NCBI GenBank assembly: GCA_040767195.1
Contig: JAXGPA010000001.1
Span: 256,001 to 320,000, forward strand
Direction of reading: 5' to 3'
Length of the DNA stretch: 64,000 nucleotides
Source of the DNA: Syntrophales bacterium
Lineage (GTDB): Bacteria; Desulfobacterota; Syntrophia; Syntrophales; UBA6807
The notes under the pieces are model-generated. The model saw only the letters and a program-made list of their open reading frames with translations, had not been told where the DNA came from and made no database searches. Shown one piece after another: positions 48,358-58,184 of this stretch (position 1 is its first letter; the number at the start of each line of letters is the position of its first letter). Position numbers and translations under genes: made by a program.

Positions 48358-49515
48358 ATGCCCTCCGTCAGCCTCCGTCTCCGGTATTTCACCGAATCGG
48401 TCATACGAAGCATGACCCGGCTCGCCAACGAACACGGCGCCGTTAATCTTTCCCAGGGGTTCCCAGACTTCGACCCCCCGGCGGAACTCCTCGAGGCGGC
48501 GGTCCGGGCCGCCCGCTCGGGACCCCATCAGTATGCCGTGACCTGGGGCGCCCCGAACTTCCGTAAGGCTCTGGCCCGCAAGCAGAGCCGGTTCATGGGC
48601 ATCCCCGTCGACCCGGAACGGAATATCGTCGTCACCTGCGGCAGCACGGAGGCCATGATGACGGCCATGATGACGGTGACCAACCCCGGCGAGGAGGTGA
48701 TCATTTTCTCCCCCTTCTACGAAAACTACGGGGCCGACACCATTCTTTCAGGCGCCAAGCCGGTCTATGTTCCCCTTCATCCCCCGGATTACCGGTTCGA
48801 CCGGGACGAACTCCGGAAAGCCTTCGAAAGAAGACCCAAGGCGCTTGTCCTGTGCAATCCCTCCAACCCCTCGGGTCGGGCGTTCTCCCTCGACGAGCTG
48901 GAATGCATCGCCGGCCTTGCCCTGGAATTCGACGCCTTCGTCATCACCGACGAGGTGTATGAACATATTGTCTACGAGCCCCGCGAACACACGTACATGG
49001 CCTCCCTGCCCGGCATGTTCGAGCGGACCCTTTCCTGCAGTTCCCTTTCCAAGACCTATGCCATCACGGGCTGGCGCCTCGGCTACGTCATCGCGCCGCC
49101 GGACCTGACCGACGGCGCCCGGAAAGTCCACGATTTCCTCACCGTGGGCGCGCCGGCTCCCCTGCAGGAAGCGGCCGTGACGGCCCTGGCGTTCCCCGAC
49201 GACTACTATGACGCCCTCCGGGAAGACTATCAGGGCCGGCGGGATTTCTTCCTCCGTTACCTGGATCGGGCGGGACTGTCCTACACGACGCCGGAAGGGG
49301 CTTACTACGTCATGGTGGACATCGCCCCCTTCGGCTGGCGGGACGACACCGCTTTCTGCGAATGGCTCACCCGTGAGATCGGCGTTGCCGCTGTGCCGGG
49401 ATCAAGCTTCTTCGCCGAACCGGTCAACCGTTATATCCGTTTCCATTTTGCCAAGAAGAAGGAAACCCTCGCAGAGGCGGGGGAACGCCTTCTGCGCCTC
49501 CGGGAGAAAGGCTGA
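48358..49515 (+). CDS. PLP-dependent class I/II aminotransferase (YbdL-like)
   Basis: NLSQGFPDF, NPSNPSG, DEVYEHI and SLSKTYAITGWRLGY motifs. Confidence 0.92.
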   Translation: MPSVSLRLRYFTESVIRSMTRLANEHGAVNLSQGFPDFDPPAELLEAAVRAARSGPHQYAVTWGAPNFRKALARKQSRFMGIPVDPERNIVVTCGSTEAMMTAMMTVTNPGEEVIIFSPFYENYGADTILSGAKPVYVPLHPPDYRFDRDELRKAFERRPKALVLCNPSNPSGRAFSLDELECIAGLALEFDAFVITDEVYEHIVYEPREHTYMASLPGMFERTLSCSSLSKTYAITGWRLGYVIAPPDLTDGARKVHDFLTVGAPAPLQEAAVTALAFPDDYYDALREDYQGRRDFFLRYLDRAGLSYTTPEGAYYVMVDIAPFGWRDDTAFCEWLTREIGVAAVPGSSFFAEPVNRYIRFHFAKKKETLAEAGERLLRLREKG

Positions 49516-50012
49516 TGGACACCGCCTGGGTTTCCGTCCCGCTCATCGTCCTTGGTTTGGCCATCAATCTCGCGGGGCTCATCGGCTGCGTCGTTCCCGC
49601 TTTGCCCGGACCGGTCCTGAGTTACCTGTCCCTTCTTCTTCTCGCCTCCGTCCTGGAAGAGGCCGTTTTCAGCGGCCGGTTCCTCGTGGTCATGACCGTG
49701 TCCGTTCTCGCCGTATCCCTGGCCGATTATTTTCTGCCTCTCAGGGGCGCCCGGAAATACGGCGCCTCCCGGTGGGGTGTCACGGGATCTCTCCTGGGCA
49801 TGCTCATCGGGGTTTTCCTGTTCCCGCCTTTCGGCCTTTTTCTCGGCGCCTTTCTCGGGGCCTTCGGTGGCGAAATCCTGTCGAGAAAGGCTGAAAAAGA
49901 TGCTCTCCGGGCAGCCTGGGGCGCCTTCACGGGAACCATCCTGGGAACGGTGGTCAAGCTGGCCTACTCGGGAGCGGCTCTCTTCTTCTATGTGAGGGCC
50001 CTCGTCCCATGA
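49515..50012 (+). CDS. DUF456 family membrane protein
   Basis: GCVVPALPG, DY..GARKYGAS and GLFLGAFLGAFGGE motifs. Confidence 0.85.
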   Translation: MDTAWVSVPLIVLGLAINLAGLIGCVVPALPGPVLSYLSLLLLASVLEEAVFSGRFLVVMTVSVLAVSLADYFLPLRGARKYGASRWGVTGSLLGMLIGVFLFPPFGLFLGAFLGAFGGEILSRKAEKDALRAAWGAFTGTILGTVVKLAYSGAALFFYVRALVP

Positions 50013-51217
50013 CTTCCCCATGGCCGCCGGAAAGGCCCCCGCAGGAGGTTTCCCGAAACCGTTTCATTCTCCAGATGGCCGCTGCCGTGGCCTGCCGCTT
50101 CCTCATCAACACGGCCCGGCGTTTTCCCTATCCTTTCGCCCCCGAACTGGCAAGAGGCCTCGGAGTCTCTCTGCCCGCCGTGAGCGCCCTTGTCGCGGCC
50201 AACCCCGCCACAGGGCTTTTGAGCCCCTTTTTCGGCTCCCTGGGGGACCAGATGGGACACCGCCTGGTCATCGTCGGCGGTATGGCCCTTCTCGCCCTGG
50301 CCATGACCGGGGCGGCCTTCTTTCCCTCGTACGGCGTCCTCTTTGCCGCCTTTCTTCTTGCCGGGCTGAGCAAGGCCGCCTGCGACCCCGCCATCCTGTC
50401 CTATGTGGCGGAGCGCATCCCCTACCACCGCCGGGGAAGGGCCATCGGCATCGTCGAAATGGGATGGGCGGGAAGCACCCTTCTGGGCATACCCGCCGTC
50501 GGGTTCCTGATCCACCGTTTCGGCTGGCAATCGCCCTTTTTCTTCATCGGCGTCGCCGCCCTGACCGGTGCCGTCGTTCTTCTTTTCCTCCTGTCCGGAA
50601 ACGGCGCCCCGGCAAACCGGCGGCCTGGACCGGGATCCTTTCTTCTCCTCTGGCGGAAAGTCGCCCGGAGCAAGCCTGCTCTCGGCATCCTGGGTTTCGC
50701 ATTTTTCGTCGGCGCGGCGAACGATCTTTTTTTTATCGTTTTCGGGATCTGGATGGAGGAATCCTTTCACCTGTCCATCGTCGCCCTGGGCGGGTCGGCG
50801 TTTCTCGTGGGGTCCGCCGAGTTCCTGGGGGAAATCGCCGTGGCGTCCCTTTCAGACCGGCTGGGCCTTTTTCGGGCCGTGGTGATCGGGACGGTTCTTT
50901 CCGGCGCGGCTTACGGGCTCATCCCCATCCTCGGCGGGTCGACCGCCGGGGCCCTGGCCGTCCTTTTCCTCATCTTCCTGTTCGTGGAATTCTCGATCGT
51001 CACCCTTCTTTCCAGGGCATCGGAAATTCTCCCGGAAATGCGGGGGACCGTGCTGTCGGGCTTCATCGCGGCGTCGAGCGCGGGACGCGTGACCGGCGCC
51101 CTTCTCGGGGGTCCTGTCTGGCTTTTCGGCAGAATGCCCTGGATCACCGCCGGGTCCGTCGTCCTGACTTTCCTGGCGCTCGTCTGCCTCTGGATCGGAT
51201 TCCGGGAACAGGCGTGA
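50009..51217 (+). CDS. MFS transporter
   Basis: About 12 hydrophobic segments, LGDQMGHR and LSDRLG motif-A loops, RRGRAIG. Confidence 0.88.
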   Translation: MTSPWPPERPPQEVSRNRFILQMAAAVACRFLINTARRFPYPFAPELARGLGVSLPAVSALVAANPATGLLSPFFGSLGDQMGHRLVIVGGMALLALAMTGAAFFPSYGVLFAAFLLAGLSKAACDPAILSYVAERIPYHRRGRAIGIVEMGWAGSTLLGIPAVGFLIHRFGWQSPFFFIGVAALTGAVVLLFLLSGNGAPANRRPGPGSFLLLWRKVARSKPALGILGFAFFVGAANDLFFIVFGIWMEESFHLSIVALGGSAFLVGSAEFLGEIAVASLSDRLGLFRAVVIGTVLSGAAYGLIPILGGSTAGALAVLFLIFLFVEFSIVTLLSRASEILPEMRGTVLSGFIAASSAGRVTGALLGGPVWLFGRMPWITAGSVVLTFLALVCLWIGFREQA

Positions 51218-51305
51218 CGGCACCCTCGGAAAGCCTGCCCGGAGAGAACCCATAAGGCGGTCCGTTTTTTACGAAACCGTCTTGAAAAACCTGATGTCCC
51301 TGAAT

Positions 51306-51761
51306 TTACCGTTCCGGCATAAGGGTGCGCAGGACGTCCTCCTTGCCGATAACCCCCACCAGCTTTCCCTCCTCCAGGACCGGAAGGGTGTGAATGTTCT
51401 TCCGCACCATGATCGTGGCGATGTCTTCTATCGCTGTTTCCGGGTCCACGGTCCGGGGATTCGGGGTCATGGCCTCGGACACTTTCATGGCCACCATCTT
51501 TTCCACTTCCTTTTCCATCTGCTTTCCCGAAAAAAGCGGGATCATGCCGTCGAGAAGGGTAAAAACGGAAGGCAGGGGAACCTGCTTCTGCTGAACGATG
51601 AGGTCGTCCTGGCAGAGGATCCCCAGGAGCTTACCTTCGTCATCCACCACGGGAAGACCGTTGAAGTGATTTTCCAGGAGGCGTTTCGCCGCCTGGAGAA
51701 TGTCCGTGTCCGGGGTCACCGTAACGACATCTCTCGTCATGATGTCCTTGGCCTTGATCAT
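51306..51761 (-). CDS. CBS-domain pair protein
   Basis: KAKDIMTRDVVTV, GLPVVDDEGKLLGI and TLPVLEEGKLVGVI motifs. Confidence 0.92.
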   Translation of the reverse strand: MIKAKDIMTRDVVTVTPDTDILQAAKRLLENHFNGLPVVDDEGKLLGILCQDDLIVQQKQVPLPSVFTLLDGMIPLFSGKQMEKEVEKMVAMKVSEAMTPNPRTVDPETAIEDIATIMVRKNIHTLPVLEEGKLVGVIGKEDVLRTLMPER

Positions 51762-51806
51762 CAGTCTTTCTCCTTCCTTTCTTCCCTGGGGAATTCACCG
51801 GCTCTT

Positions 51807-52625
51807 TCAGATATCGTGGAGCTTTTCACCCCTGATTAACGATTCGACGGTTTTGACCCCCGGCACCGAACGGATGGCGTCAAGGAGGCGCTCTTTCGAT
51901 TCCAGGGGGTTTATCTCACCGGACACCCGGACCACCCCTGGCTCGGGAACGGCCACGTGAAATCCCTCGGGCTTGAGGCTGGTCTTTCGGATCACCGCCT
52001 TCACCCGGCTTTTCAGGCTCAACCGGTCCAGGGCTTCAAGGGACTTGAGACCGCATGCCCGCACGCCGGCGGTGTTTGCCCCGTGAACGACGATTTCCAC
52101 GGCCGCTTCCTCCCCCATCTGGTCCCGGTTGATGACCAGGTCGTAAAGGGAGAGGTCATCCCAGTCGCGATGAAAGGCGTATGCCACGAATCCCTTTCTG
52201 TCCCCGTCGGATCTTTCCACGGCCGCCTTCGCCCCCTCGTAGCCAAGGCCGCTTTCCCCCATGATCCGCCGGATCCTCTCGGACGGCTTCGAATAAATCC
52301 TGAGCTGAAGGGCGCAGTCAAAGTCCTGGAGGAGGAACGTCGCTCCGTGACCGAGGAAGACCCCTTCCCCGTCGCTGGCGGCATCGAGGACGACCGATTC
52401 GAGGAATTCCGTGTAGAACCGGGGTTTCAAATCAAGGAGACGGCTCCAGAAACCGGGCACCCGGCTGTCGGCGACCTCGATCTCCCGGACGTCTATTCCC
52501 ATTGTCCGGGCTCTTTCACGGAGCCTCATGTCGTCGAAAAGGGGAATCCCCAGCCGACGGGAAACGTCGGCGGCTATGGACGACGCCCCACACCCGATTC
52601 CAGAAGTTACCGTAATAAGAGGCAT
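51807..52625 (-). CDS. Cytidylate kinase-like protein with C-terminal BON-like domain
   Basis: LITVTSGIGCGA, VFLGHGA, YDLVIN; C-terminal GVVRVSG...VPGVKTV. Confidence 0.78.
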   Translation of the reverse strand: MPLITVTSGIGCGASSIAADVSRRLGIPLFDDMRLRERARTMGIDVREIEVADSRVPGFWSRLLDLKPRFYTEFLESVVLDAASDGEGVFLGHGATFLLQDFDCALQLRIYSKPSERIRRIMGESGLGYEGAKAAVERSDGDRKGFVAYAFHRDWDDLSLYDLVINRDQMGEEAAVEIVVHGANTAGVRACGLKSLEALDRLSLKSRVKAVIRKTSLKPEGFHVAVPEPGVVRVSGEINPLESKERLLDAIRSVPGVKTVESLIRGEKLHDI

Positions 52626-52650
52626 ATTCGACTCCCCCTTTCTCCCCGTT

Positions 52651-53586
52651 TCAGGGCCTCTCGGGCTCTACGAACCCGGAAGCTCCGGATGCGTCGAAGG
52701 CGGCAAGGGCCTTTAGGGCCGTTTCCTCACCCCACTCGGGGACAAAATGGCCGGCCTCGGATTGAACAAAAGGCTCGGGACAGTTCCGAATATGGTTGCG
52801 CAGACGCTCCATTACCGGCGGCCCGAGCACCGGGTCCCTCACCCCGACGGCCATGAATATCGGCCCCTTCCAATGGCTGCCGAGCCAGGCCCGGGCTCTC
52901 CTCGACAAGGCCGCGCCGGGCGCGTCTGTTCCATCGGGAACCAGTTCGGGAAAGCGACGCACACCGGCCTTGTAGTGGAAATCGGGAAAAGGGGCGTCAT
53001 AGGCGAACCTTTCGGCCTCCGTCAGATGCGGGCAGGCCCGCTGGAGCAGTTTCCCCGGGGAAAAACCGGGGTTGTCCCTCACCCAGCCGCGCCAATTGAG
53101 AAACCCCTGGGAAAGTGGAACGTCCCCGGTGCCGAGGGTCGTGTTCATAACGAGCAGGCGGGAAAACCTCTCGGTCATGTCCACGGGCAGGGTGAGTCCC
53201 AGGATTCCGCCCCAGTCCTGGCAGACCAGGGTAATGTTCCTGAGATCCAGGTGTTCGATGAATCCGATCAGGGTGTTCCGATGGAAATCAAACGTATAGA
53301 GGGCTTCCTCCGCGGGTTTGTCCGAACGTCCGAAACCGAAAAAGTCCGGAGCGACCACCCGATGACCCGCCGCCGTGAAAACCGGGATCATTTTCCGGTA
53401 AAGATAACTCCATGTCGGCTCTCCGTGGAGACACAGGAAAACGTGGTCCGCCTTCCGTGGACCTGTATCCACGTAGTGCAGTCGCAACCCTTCAAAGCCG
53501 TTCAGGTCTTCCGTGTAGGACGGACTGTAAACAAAACCGGGCAGACGGGCAAACCGTTCTTCCGGCGTTCTCAAAACTTTTTCCAT
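52651..53586 (-). CDS. Haloalkane dehalogenase (DhlA-like, HLD-I)
   Basis: LRTPEERF, HGEPTWSYLYRKMIP, GFGRSDKP, QDWGG (Asp-Trp), RDPVLG (Asp) and AGHFVPE (His). Confidence 0.88.
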   Translation of the reverse strand: MEKVLRTPEERFARLPGFVYSPSYTEDLNGFEGLRLHYVDTGPRKADHVFLCLHGEPTWSYLYRKMIPVFTAAGHRVVAPDFFGFGRSDKPAEEALYTFDFHRNTLIGFIEHLDLRNITLVCQDWGGILGLTLPVDMTERFSRLLVMNTTLGTGDVPLSQGFLNWRGWVRDNPGFSPGKLLQRACPHLTEAERFAYDAPFPDFHYKAGVRRFPELVPDGTDAPGAALSRRARAWLGSHWKGPIFMAVGVRDPVLGPPVMERLRNHIRNCPEPFVQSEAGHFVPEWGEETALKALAAFDASGASGFVEPERP

Positions 53587-53699
53587 GTCGACGGCCCTCA
53601 CAGATGTTTGGCTTTCACCGTTTCCTCTTATTAAATTTACCATGAAAACCGGCAGGGGGAAAAGACTTAATCGGTACTTCCCACGAGAAAACCCTTATT

Positions 53700-53755
53700 A
53701 TGTTTAGAATAACATGTTTTGGGGTTGACAGGATCCCTTCGGCTTCGCTATGGTT
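53700..53755 (+). promoter_or_regulatory. Promoter and palindromic site upstream of wtpA
   Basis: ATGTT-TAGAAT-AACAT inverted repeat (53700-53715), then TTGACA-18-TATGGT. Confidence 0.45.
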
Positions 53756-53828
53756 ACGCGAGTCTGTTACGGGGCCTATCCCGCATTTCCTTTCCCAGCC
53801 ATCCGAAAAATCACAAGGGAGGTTCATC

Positions 53829-54821
53829 ATGAAATCCAGAAAACGCTTCATTCTTTGCTGTTGTCTTTTACTCGTGGCCGCCGCGGCCTTTTTCCCCGTC
53901 CAGAAAGACGCCCGGGCGGAAATCAAGGGCACCGTGACCATGTTTCACGCCGGCAGCCTTTCCGTGCCTTTCGAAGCCATGGAAAAGGAATTCGAGGCCC
54001 TTCACCCCGGCGTGGACCTGCAGCGGGAGGCGAGCGGCAGCCAGAAGGCGGCCCGGAAAATCTCTGACCTGCAGAAGCCCTGCGACATCATGGCCTCGGC
54101 GGACTACCTGGTGATCGACAAACTGCTCATCCCCCGGTACGCCGACTGGAATGTCCGCTTCGCCACGAACCAGCTCGTGCTCTGTTACACGGAAAAGAGC
54201 CGTTACGCCGACCTGGTGAATGCCGACAACTGGTACCGGATTCTCATGAAGCCCGGCGTGGTCTGGGGACACTCGGACCCCAATCTCGACCCCTGCGGTT
54301 ACCGTTCCCTCATGGTTCTCCAGCTCGCGGAAAAGCACTACGTCATCCCGGGGCTTTATCAAAAACTGATCGACGGCCGGCCCCAGGAGAACATCCGGCC
54401 CAAATCGGTGGAGCTGGTTTCCCTTCTGCAGACGGGACACATGGACTACGCCTGGGAGTACCTCTCCGTGGCGGTACAGCACGGCCTGAAATACATCGCC
54501 CTGCCCGACCAGATCAACCTGGGAAATTACCAGTATGACGACTTCTACGCCCAGGCCGTTGTGCAGGTTACGGGAAAGAAGCCCGGGGAATTCATGGAGA
54601 TGCGGGGGAACTCGGTGACCTACGGCGTGACCCTGGTTAAAGACGCCCCGAACAGGGAAGCGGCCGTCGCGTTCCTGTCCTACATGCTCAGCCCCACGGG
54701 GGGACTTAAAATACTGAAGGATATGGGTCAGCCTCCTTTCATCCCCTGCCGGGTGCCCTCGGAAAAGATGAAAGGAATGTTACCGGCCCCCCTGGAGAAA
54801 CGCGTGGAAGTGAAGAACTGA
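53829..54821 (+). CDS. wtpA: Tungstate/molybdate ABC transporter substrate-binding protein WtpA
   Basis: Signal peptide; [40 protein letters not shown] and YGVT WtpA motifs. Confidence 0.92.
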   Translation: MKSRKRFILCCCLLLVAAAAFFPVQKDARAEIKGTVTMFHAGSLSVPFEAMEKEFEALHPGVDLQREASGSQKAARKISDLQKPCDIMASADYLVIDKLLIPRYADWNVRFATNQLVLCYTEKSRYADLVNADNWYRILMKPGVVWGHSDPNLDPCGYRSLMVLQLAEKHYVIPGLYQKLIDGRPQENIRPKSVELVSLLQTGHMDYAWEYLSVAVQHGLKYIALPDQINLGNYQYDDFYAQAVVQVTGKKPGEFMEMRGNSVTYGVTLVKDAPNREAAVAFLSYMLSPTGGLKILKDMGQPPFIPCRVPSEKMKGMLPAPLEKRVEVKN

Positions 54822-54837
54822 ACCGCCGGTAGGTTTC

Positions 54838-55623
54838 ATGTCACGGAAGGAACCCCTGTTCTGGATCTCGCTGTCCTGCGGCGCTGTCGTTCTCGCCTTC
54901 ATCATCATGCCGCTTTTCGAGATGCTGACGGCTCCTTCCCCGGAGATGCTCCGGGAAACCCTGGAAGACAGGAATGTGGTGCGGTCGATCTGGCTCAGTA
55001 TTTACACCGCCGCGTCGGCCGCCGGCATTTCCTTCCTCCTGGGAACCCCCCTGGCCTATCTTCTCGCCCGGCGCAACTTCAGGGGGAAACGGCTTGTCGA
55101 GAGCATCATCGACCTGCCCATCGTCATTCCCCACCCCGTCGTGGGGATCGCCATCTTGAGCGTGGCCGGCCGAAATCACTGGTTCGGGCAGATCCTTTCG
55201 GAACTCGGGATCCGGGTCATGGGAAGCGTCACCGGGATCATCGTGGTCCTCACCTTCGTGGGCATGCCCTTTTACATCAACGCCGTCAAGGACGGCTTCG
55301 AGGGCATCTCCCCCAGGCTGGAAAACGTGGCCAGAAGTCTCGGGGCCTCCCTGGGCGGCGCCTTCTTCCGGATCACCTTTCCCCTGGCCTGGCGAAGCAT
55401 GCTCGTGGGACTCATCATGTGCTGCGCCAGGGCCATCAGCGAATTCGGGGCCGTCGTCATCGTGGCCTATCACCCCATGATCGCCCCGGTCATGATATAC
55501 GAACGTTTCGAGGGATACGGCCTCAAGTACTCCCAGCCCGTGGCGGTCTGGCTCATCCTGGTCTGCCTCGCCCTTTTCCTGGTCTTGAGGATTCTGGCCC
55601 TTCCAAGGAAGAAAGAGGCATGA
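54838..55623 (+). CDS. wtpB: Tungstate/molybdate ABC transporter permease
   Basis: DLPIVIPHPVVGIA, ARSLGA (EAA loop) and RAISEFGAV..AYHP motifs. Confidence 0.92.
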   Translation: MSRKEPLFWISLSCGAVVLAFIIMPLFEMLTAPSPEMLRETLEDRNVVRSIWLSIYTAASAAGISFLLGTPLAYLLARRNFRGKRLVESIIDLPIVIPHPVVGIAILSVAGRNHWFGQILSELGIRVMGSVTGIIVVLTFVGMPFYINAVKDGFEGISPRLENVARSLGASLGGAFFRITFPLAWRSMLVGLIMCCARAISEFGAVVIVAYHPMIAPVMIYERFEGYGLKYSQPVAVWLILVCLALFLVLRILALPRKKEA

Positions 55624-56657
55624 TCCGAGTCGAAAGTCTCCAAGTCCATCTCGGCGAATTTCACCTGAGGGACATCCGTCTCACGATCCCGCCCAACGGC
55701 TTTTTCGTCCTCATGGGTCCCACCGGGGCGGGAAAGACGGTCCTCCTGGAAGCCATCGCGGGACTCATCCCCGTCGCCGGGGGGACGGTGCACATCAACG
55801 GAAAGGACGTAACGGCGGCGACACCGGAAAAAAGAGGGGTCGGCATCATGTATCAGGACTACGCCCTCTTCCCTCACCTGACGGTCCGACAGAACGCCTT
55901 TTTCGGCGTCCGCTATCACGGCGTCGACCGCCGGACCTCCTCGGAAAGGTTCAAAAGGCTCACGGAGGAGTTGAACATCGGTCATCTTCTGGCCCGTTTT
56001 CCCGGCACCTTGAGCGGCGGGGAACTCCAGCGGGTCGCCCTCGCCCGGGCCCTCATGGTGGAACCGGCGGTCATTCTCCTCGACGAACCCCTTTCCGCCC
56101 TGGATCCCGTCTTCCGGGAAGAGATCCGGCTCCTCCTCAAAAATCTTCACAACTCCACGAATACGACCTTTTTCATGGTCACCCACGATTTTGCGGAAGC
56201 CCTGTCGCTGGCCACCCAGGCGGCCATCATCAACAACGGGGTGATCGAGCAGACGGGATGCATCCTGGATATTTTCCAGAGACCCTGCTCGGCCTTCGTC
56301 GCCGATTTCGTGGGAATGAAAAACATTTTTCCAGCCGAATTCAACGGTTCCCTGTCACGGGTGGGAGACATCACCCTGAAGCTGTCCCGGCCTCCTCTCA
56401 ACGCCCCGCGGTTTATCGCCATCCGGCCCGAGGACATCATCATCAGCAACGTCCCCCCTGAACACGCATTACCCAATGTTTTCCGGGGAGCCGTGACGGC
56501 CGTCATCGATCAGGGCTTTTCCTACGAAATACAACTCGAGCTGAAAAAAATGACTTTCAGGGCCATGATTCCCAAGGGCGGTCTCATCGGCCTGGGCCTC
56601 GAAATGGGAAAACCGGTCCATTTTCACCTCCGGGAAGAGGCCATCCACACGTTCTGA
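55620..56657 (+). CDS. wtpC: Tungstate/molybdate ABC transporter ATPase with TOBE domain
   Basis: GPTGAGKT, LSGGE, LLDEP, VTHD; ATG 55620 overlaps the wtpB stop. Confidence 0.9.
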   Translation: MIRVESLQVHLGEFHLRDIRLTIPPNGFFVLMGPTGAGKTVLLEAIAGLIPVAGGTVHINGKDVTAATPEKRGVGIMYQDYALFPHLTVRQNAFFGVRYHGVDRRTSSERFKRLTEELNIGHLLARFPGTLSGGELQRVALARALMVEPAVILLDEPLSALDPVFREEIRLLLKNLHNSTNTTFFMVTHDFAEALSLATQAAIINNGVIEQTGCILDIFQRPCSAFVADFVGMKNIFPAEFNGSLSRVGDITLKLSRPPLNAPRFIAIRPEDIIISNVPPEHALPNVFRGAVTAVIDQGFSYEIQLELKKMTFRAMIPKGGLIGLGLEMGKPVHFHLREEAIHTF

Positions 56658-56765
56658 ATGTCAGGGCCGAAGACATTCCGGCAGGGCGTTTCAACGGACG
56701 GGCATAAAATAATGCCGTCATTCGAGGCAGGGTTACCCCGGCTCGGGATGTCCGGGGCAAAACAG

Positions 56766-56813
56766 AAACCGAAACGGGGGCCGCATCACAAAAACGGCCC
56801 CCGTCCCGGTTTT
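56766..56813. terminator. Bidirectional terminator-like hairpin
   Basis: ACGGGGGCCG...CGGCCCCCGT stem flanked by A and T runs between convergent wtpC and RRM genes. Confidence 0.55.
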
Positions 56814-56826
56814 GAAGAAGCGTCCT

Positions 56827-57099
56827 TTAATACCGGGGTCGCCTGGCGGGACGCTTTCCTTTCGGCTCCGACTGGTTCACCTTGAGATCGCGGCCCTTGA
56901 GGGGCATCTTGTTCAAGGCCTTGATGGCCTTGTCCGCTTCGGCGTTGTTCGGCATTTCGACAAACCCGAAACCCTTGGACTGACCGGAAAAATGGTCCGT
57001 GATGATCTTGACGCTTTCAACCTCGCCGAACTCGGCGAAAGCCTGCCTCAACTCATCCTCCGTGACGTTGTAAGAGAGATTGCCCACGTAGATGTTCAT
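56827..57099 (-). CDS. RRM-domain RNA-binding protein
   Basis: MNIYVGNL (RNP2) and SKGFGFVEM (RNP1); AAGGAG RBS. Confidence 0.95.
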   Translation of the reverse strand: MNIYVGNLSYNVTEDELRQAFAEFGEVESVKIITDHFSGQSKGFGFVEMPNNAEADKAIKALNKMPLKGRDLKVNQSEPKGKRPARRPRY

Positions 57100-57420
57100 A
57101 AGCGCTCCTTTCCTTTGCGGGTTGACCGATAATCTGCTATCCAATAACCAATCCCGCAAATTACTCGATAGCGCTTCACTCCAAAATCCCGAATTTTATA
57201 CCAGCTCCCCGGGAATGGTTCAATCTTAATTTTAGGGTATCGCCGCCCGGCATCAGGGAGATTTCCCATGATTTCCTTGACAGGCCTCCCTGTTTTCGGT
57301 TACTTTGTGGGCCACTGCGGGGAATCTTCGTGATGAACACCGGGACTGTCCCGGGGGTGGAGATCCCGGCCCCTCGAGATAGGTTTTCGGGCCGTGTGAA
57401 CCCGCGTGAGGGAGCACCTG

Positions 57421-57852
57421 ATGAACCGTCCCGAAGAAGGGCTTTACTCGAGAAAAATCATTGTCCGATACACCGCCGAGATCGTGGACAAGCCCATCGT
57501 CTACCGGCTTGTGAAGGACTTCGACCTCGCCTTCAACATTCTCAAGGCGCGCATCTTCCCGAGACGGGAGGGTCTTCTCGTCCTCAGTCTCGAGGGTACG
57601 AAGGAAAATTTCGACCGGGGCATTCAATATCTCAAGGAATCGGGCGTTGTCGTCGAACCTCTGTCCAAGAGGGTCTCCCGGAACATGGATCGATGCGTTC
57701 AATGCGGCGCCTGCATCGCTTTCTGCTCCACCGAGGCCCTTTCCCTGGACAGGGACACCATGGAGGTCCGTTTCGACCCGGAAAAGTGCAGCGGCTGCGA
57801 AATCTGCGTGACCGCCTGTCCGGCCCGGGCGATGGAAATCAATCTTCTGTAA
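57421..57852 (+). CDS. NIL-domain + 2x[4Fe-4S] ferredoxin protein
   Basis: PIVYRLVKDFDLAFNILKA (NIL), CVQCGACIAFC and CSGCEICVTACP. Confidence 0.9.
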   Translation: MNRPEEGLYSRKIIVRYTAEIVDKPIVYRLVKDFDLAFNILKARIFPRREGLLVLSLEGTKENFDRGIQYLKESGVVVEPLSKRVSRNMDRCVQCGACIAFCSTEALSLDRDTMEVRFDPEKCSGCEICVTACPARAMEINLL

Positions 57853-57854
57853 GC

Positions 57855-58184
57855 TTATTTTTCCGGATTCTTTTCACTGCCGGCCTCGACGGCCTTTTCA
57901 AGGTCACCGGCCATCGCTTTTCCCTTTTCCACGACTTCCCGGCCCTTTTCGACGAGCGTTTCCGTGTGCTCTCTCACCGTCGTCACGGCCTCCTTCACCG
58001 TCTCGGGGAATTCCTCCGGGGCCTTGTAATAATAATACCCCGCCACGGCGATGAGGATGAGCCCGAAAAGCAGGACAAGCTTCAGGGCCTGCCGGATGAC
58101 GAAATAAACGACCAGCAGAAGAAGAACCGCCAGGACAAGGGCCGCGATGGGGTGCGCCGTGAGATACTGCATGAAACTGTCCAT
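57855..58184 (-). CDS. Hypothetical small membrane protein
   Basis: Two TM helices and an acidic helical tail; GAGGTG RBS. Confidence 0.7.
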   Translation of the reverse strand: MDSFMQYLTAHPIAALVLAVLLLLVVYFVIRQALKLVLLFGLILIAVAGYYYYKAPEEFPETVKEAVTTVREHTETLVEKGREVVEKGKAMAGDLEKAVEAGSEKNPEK

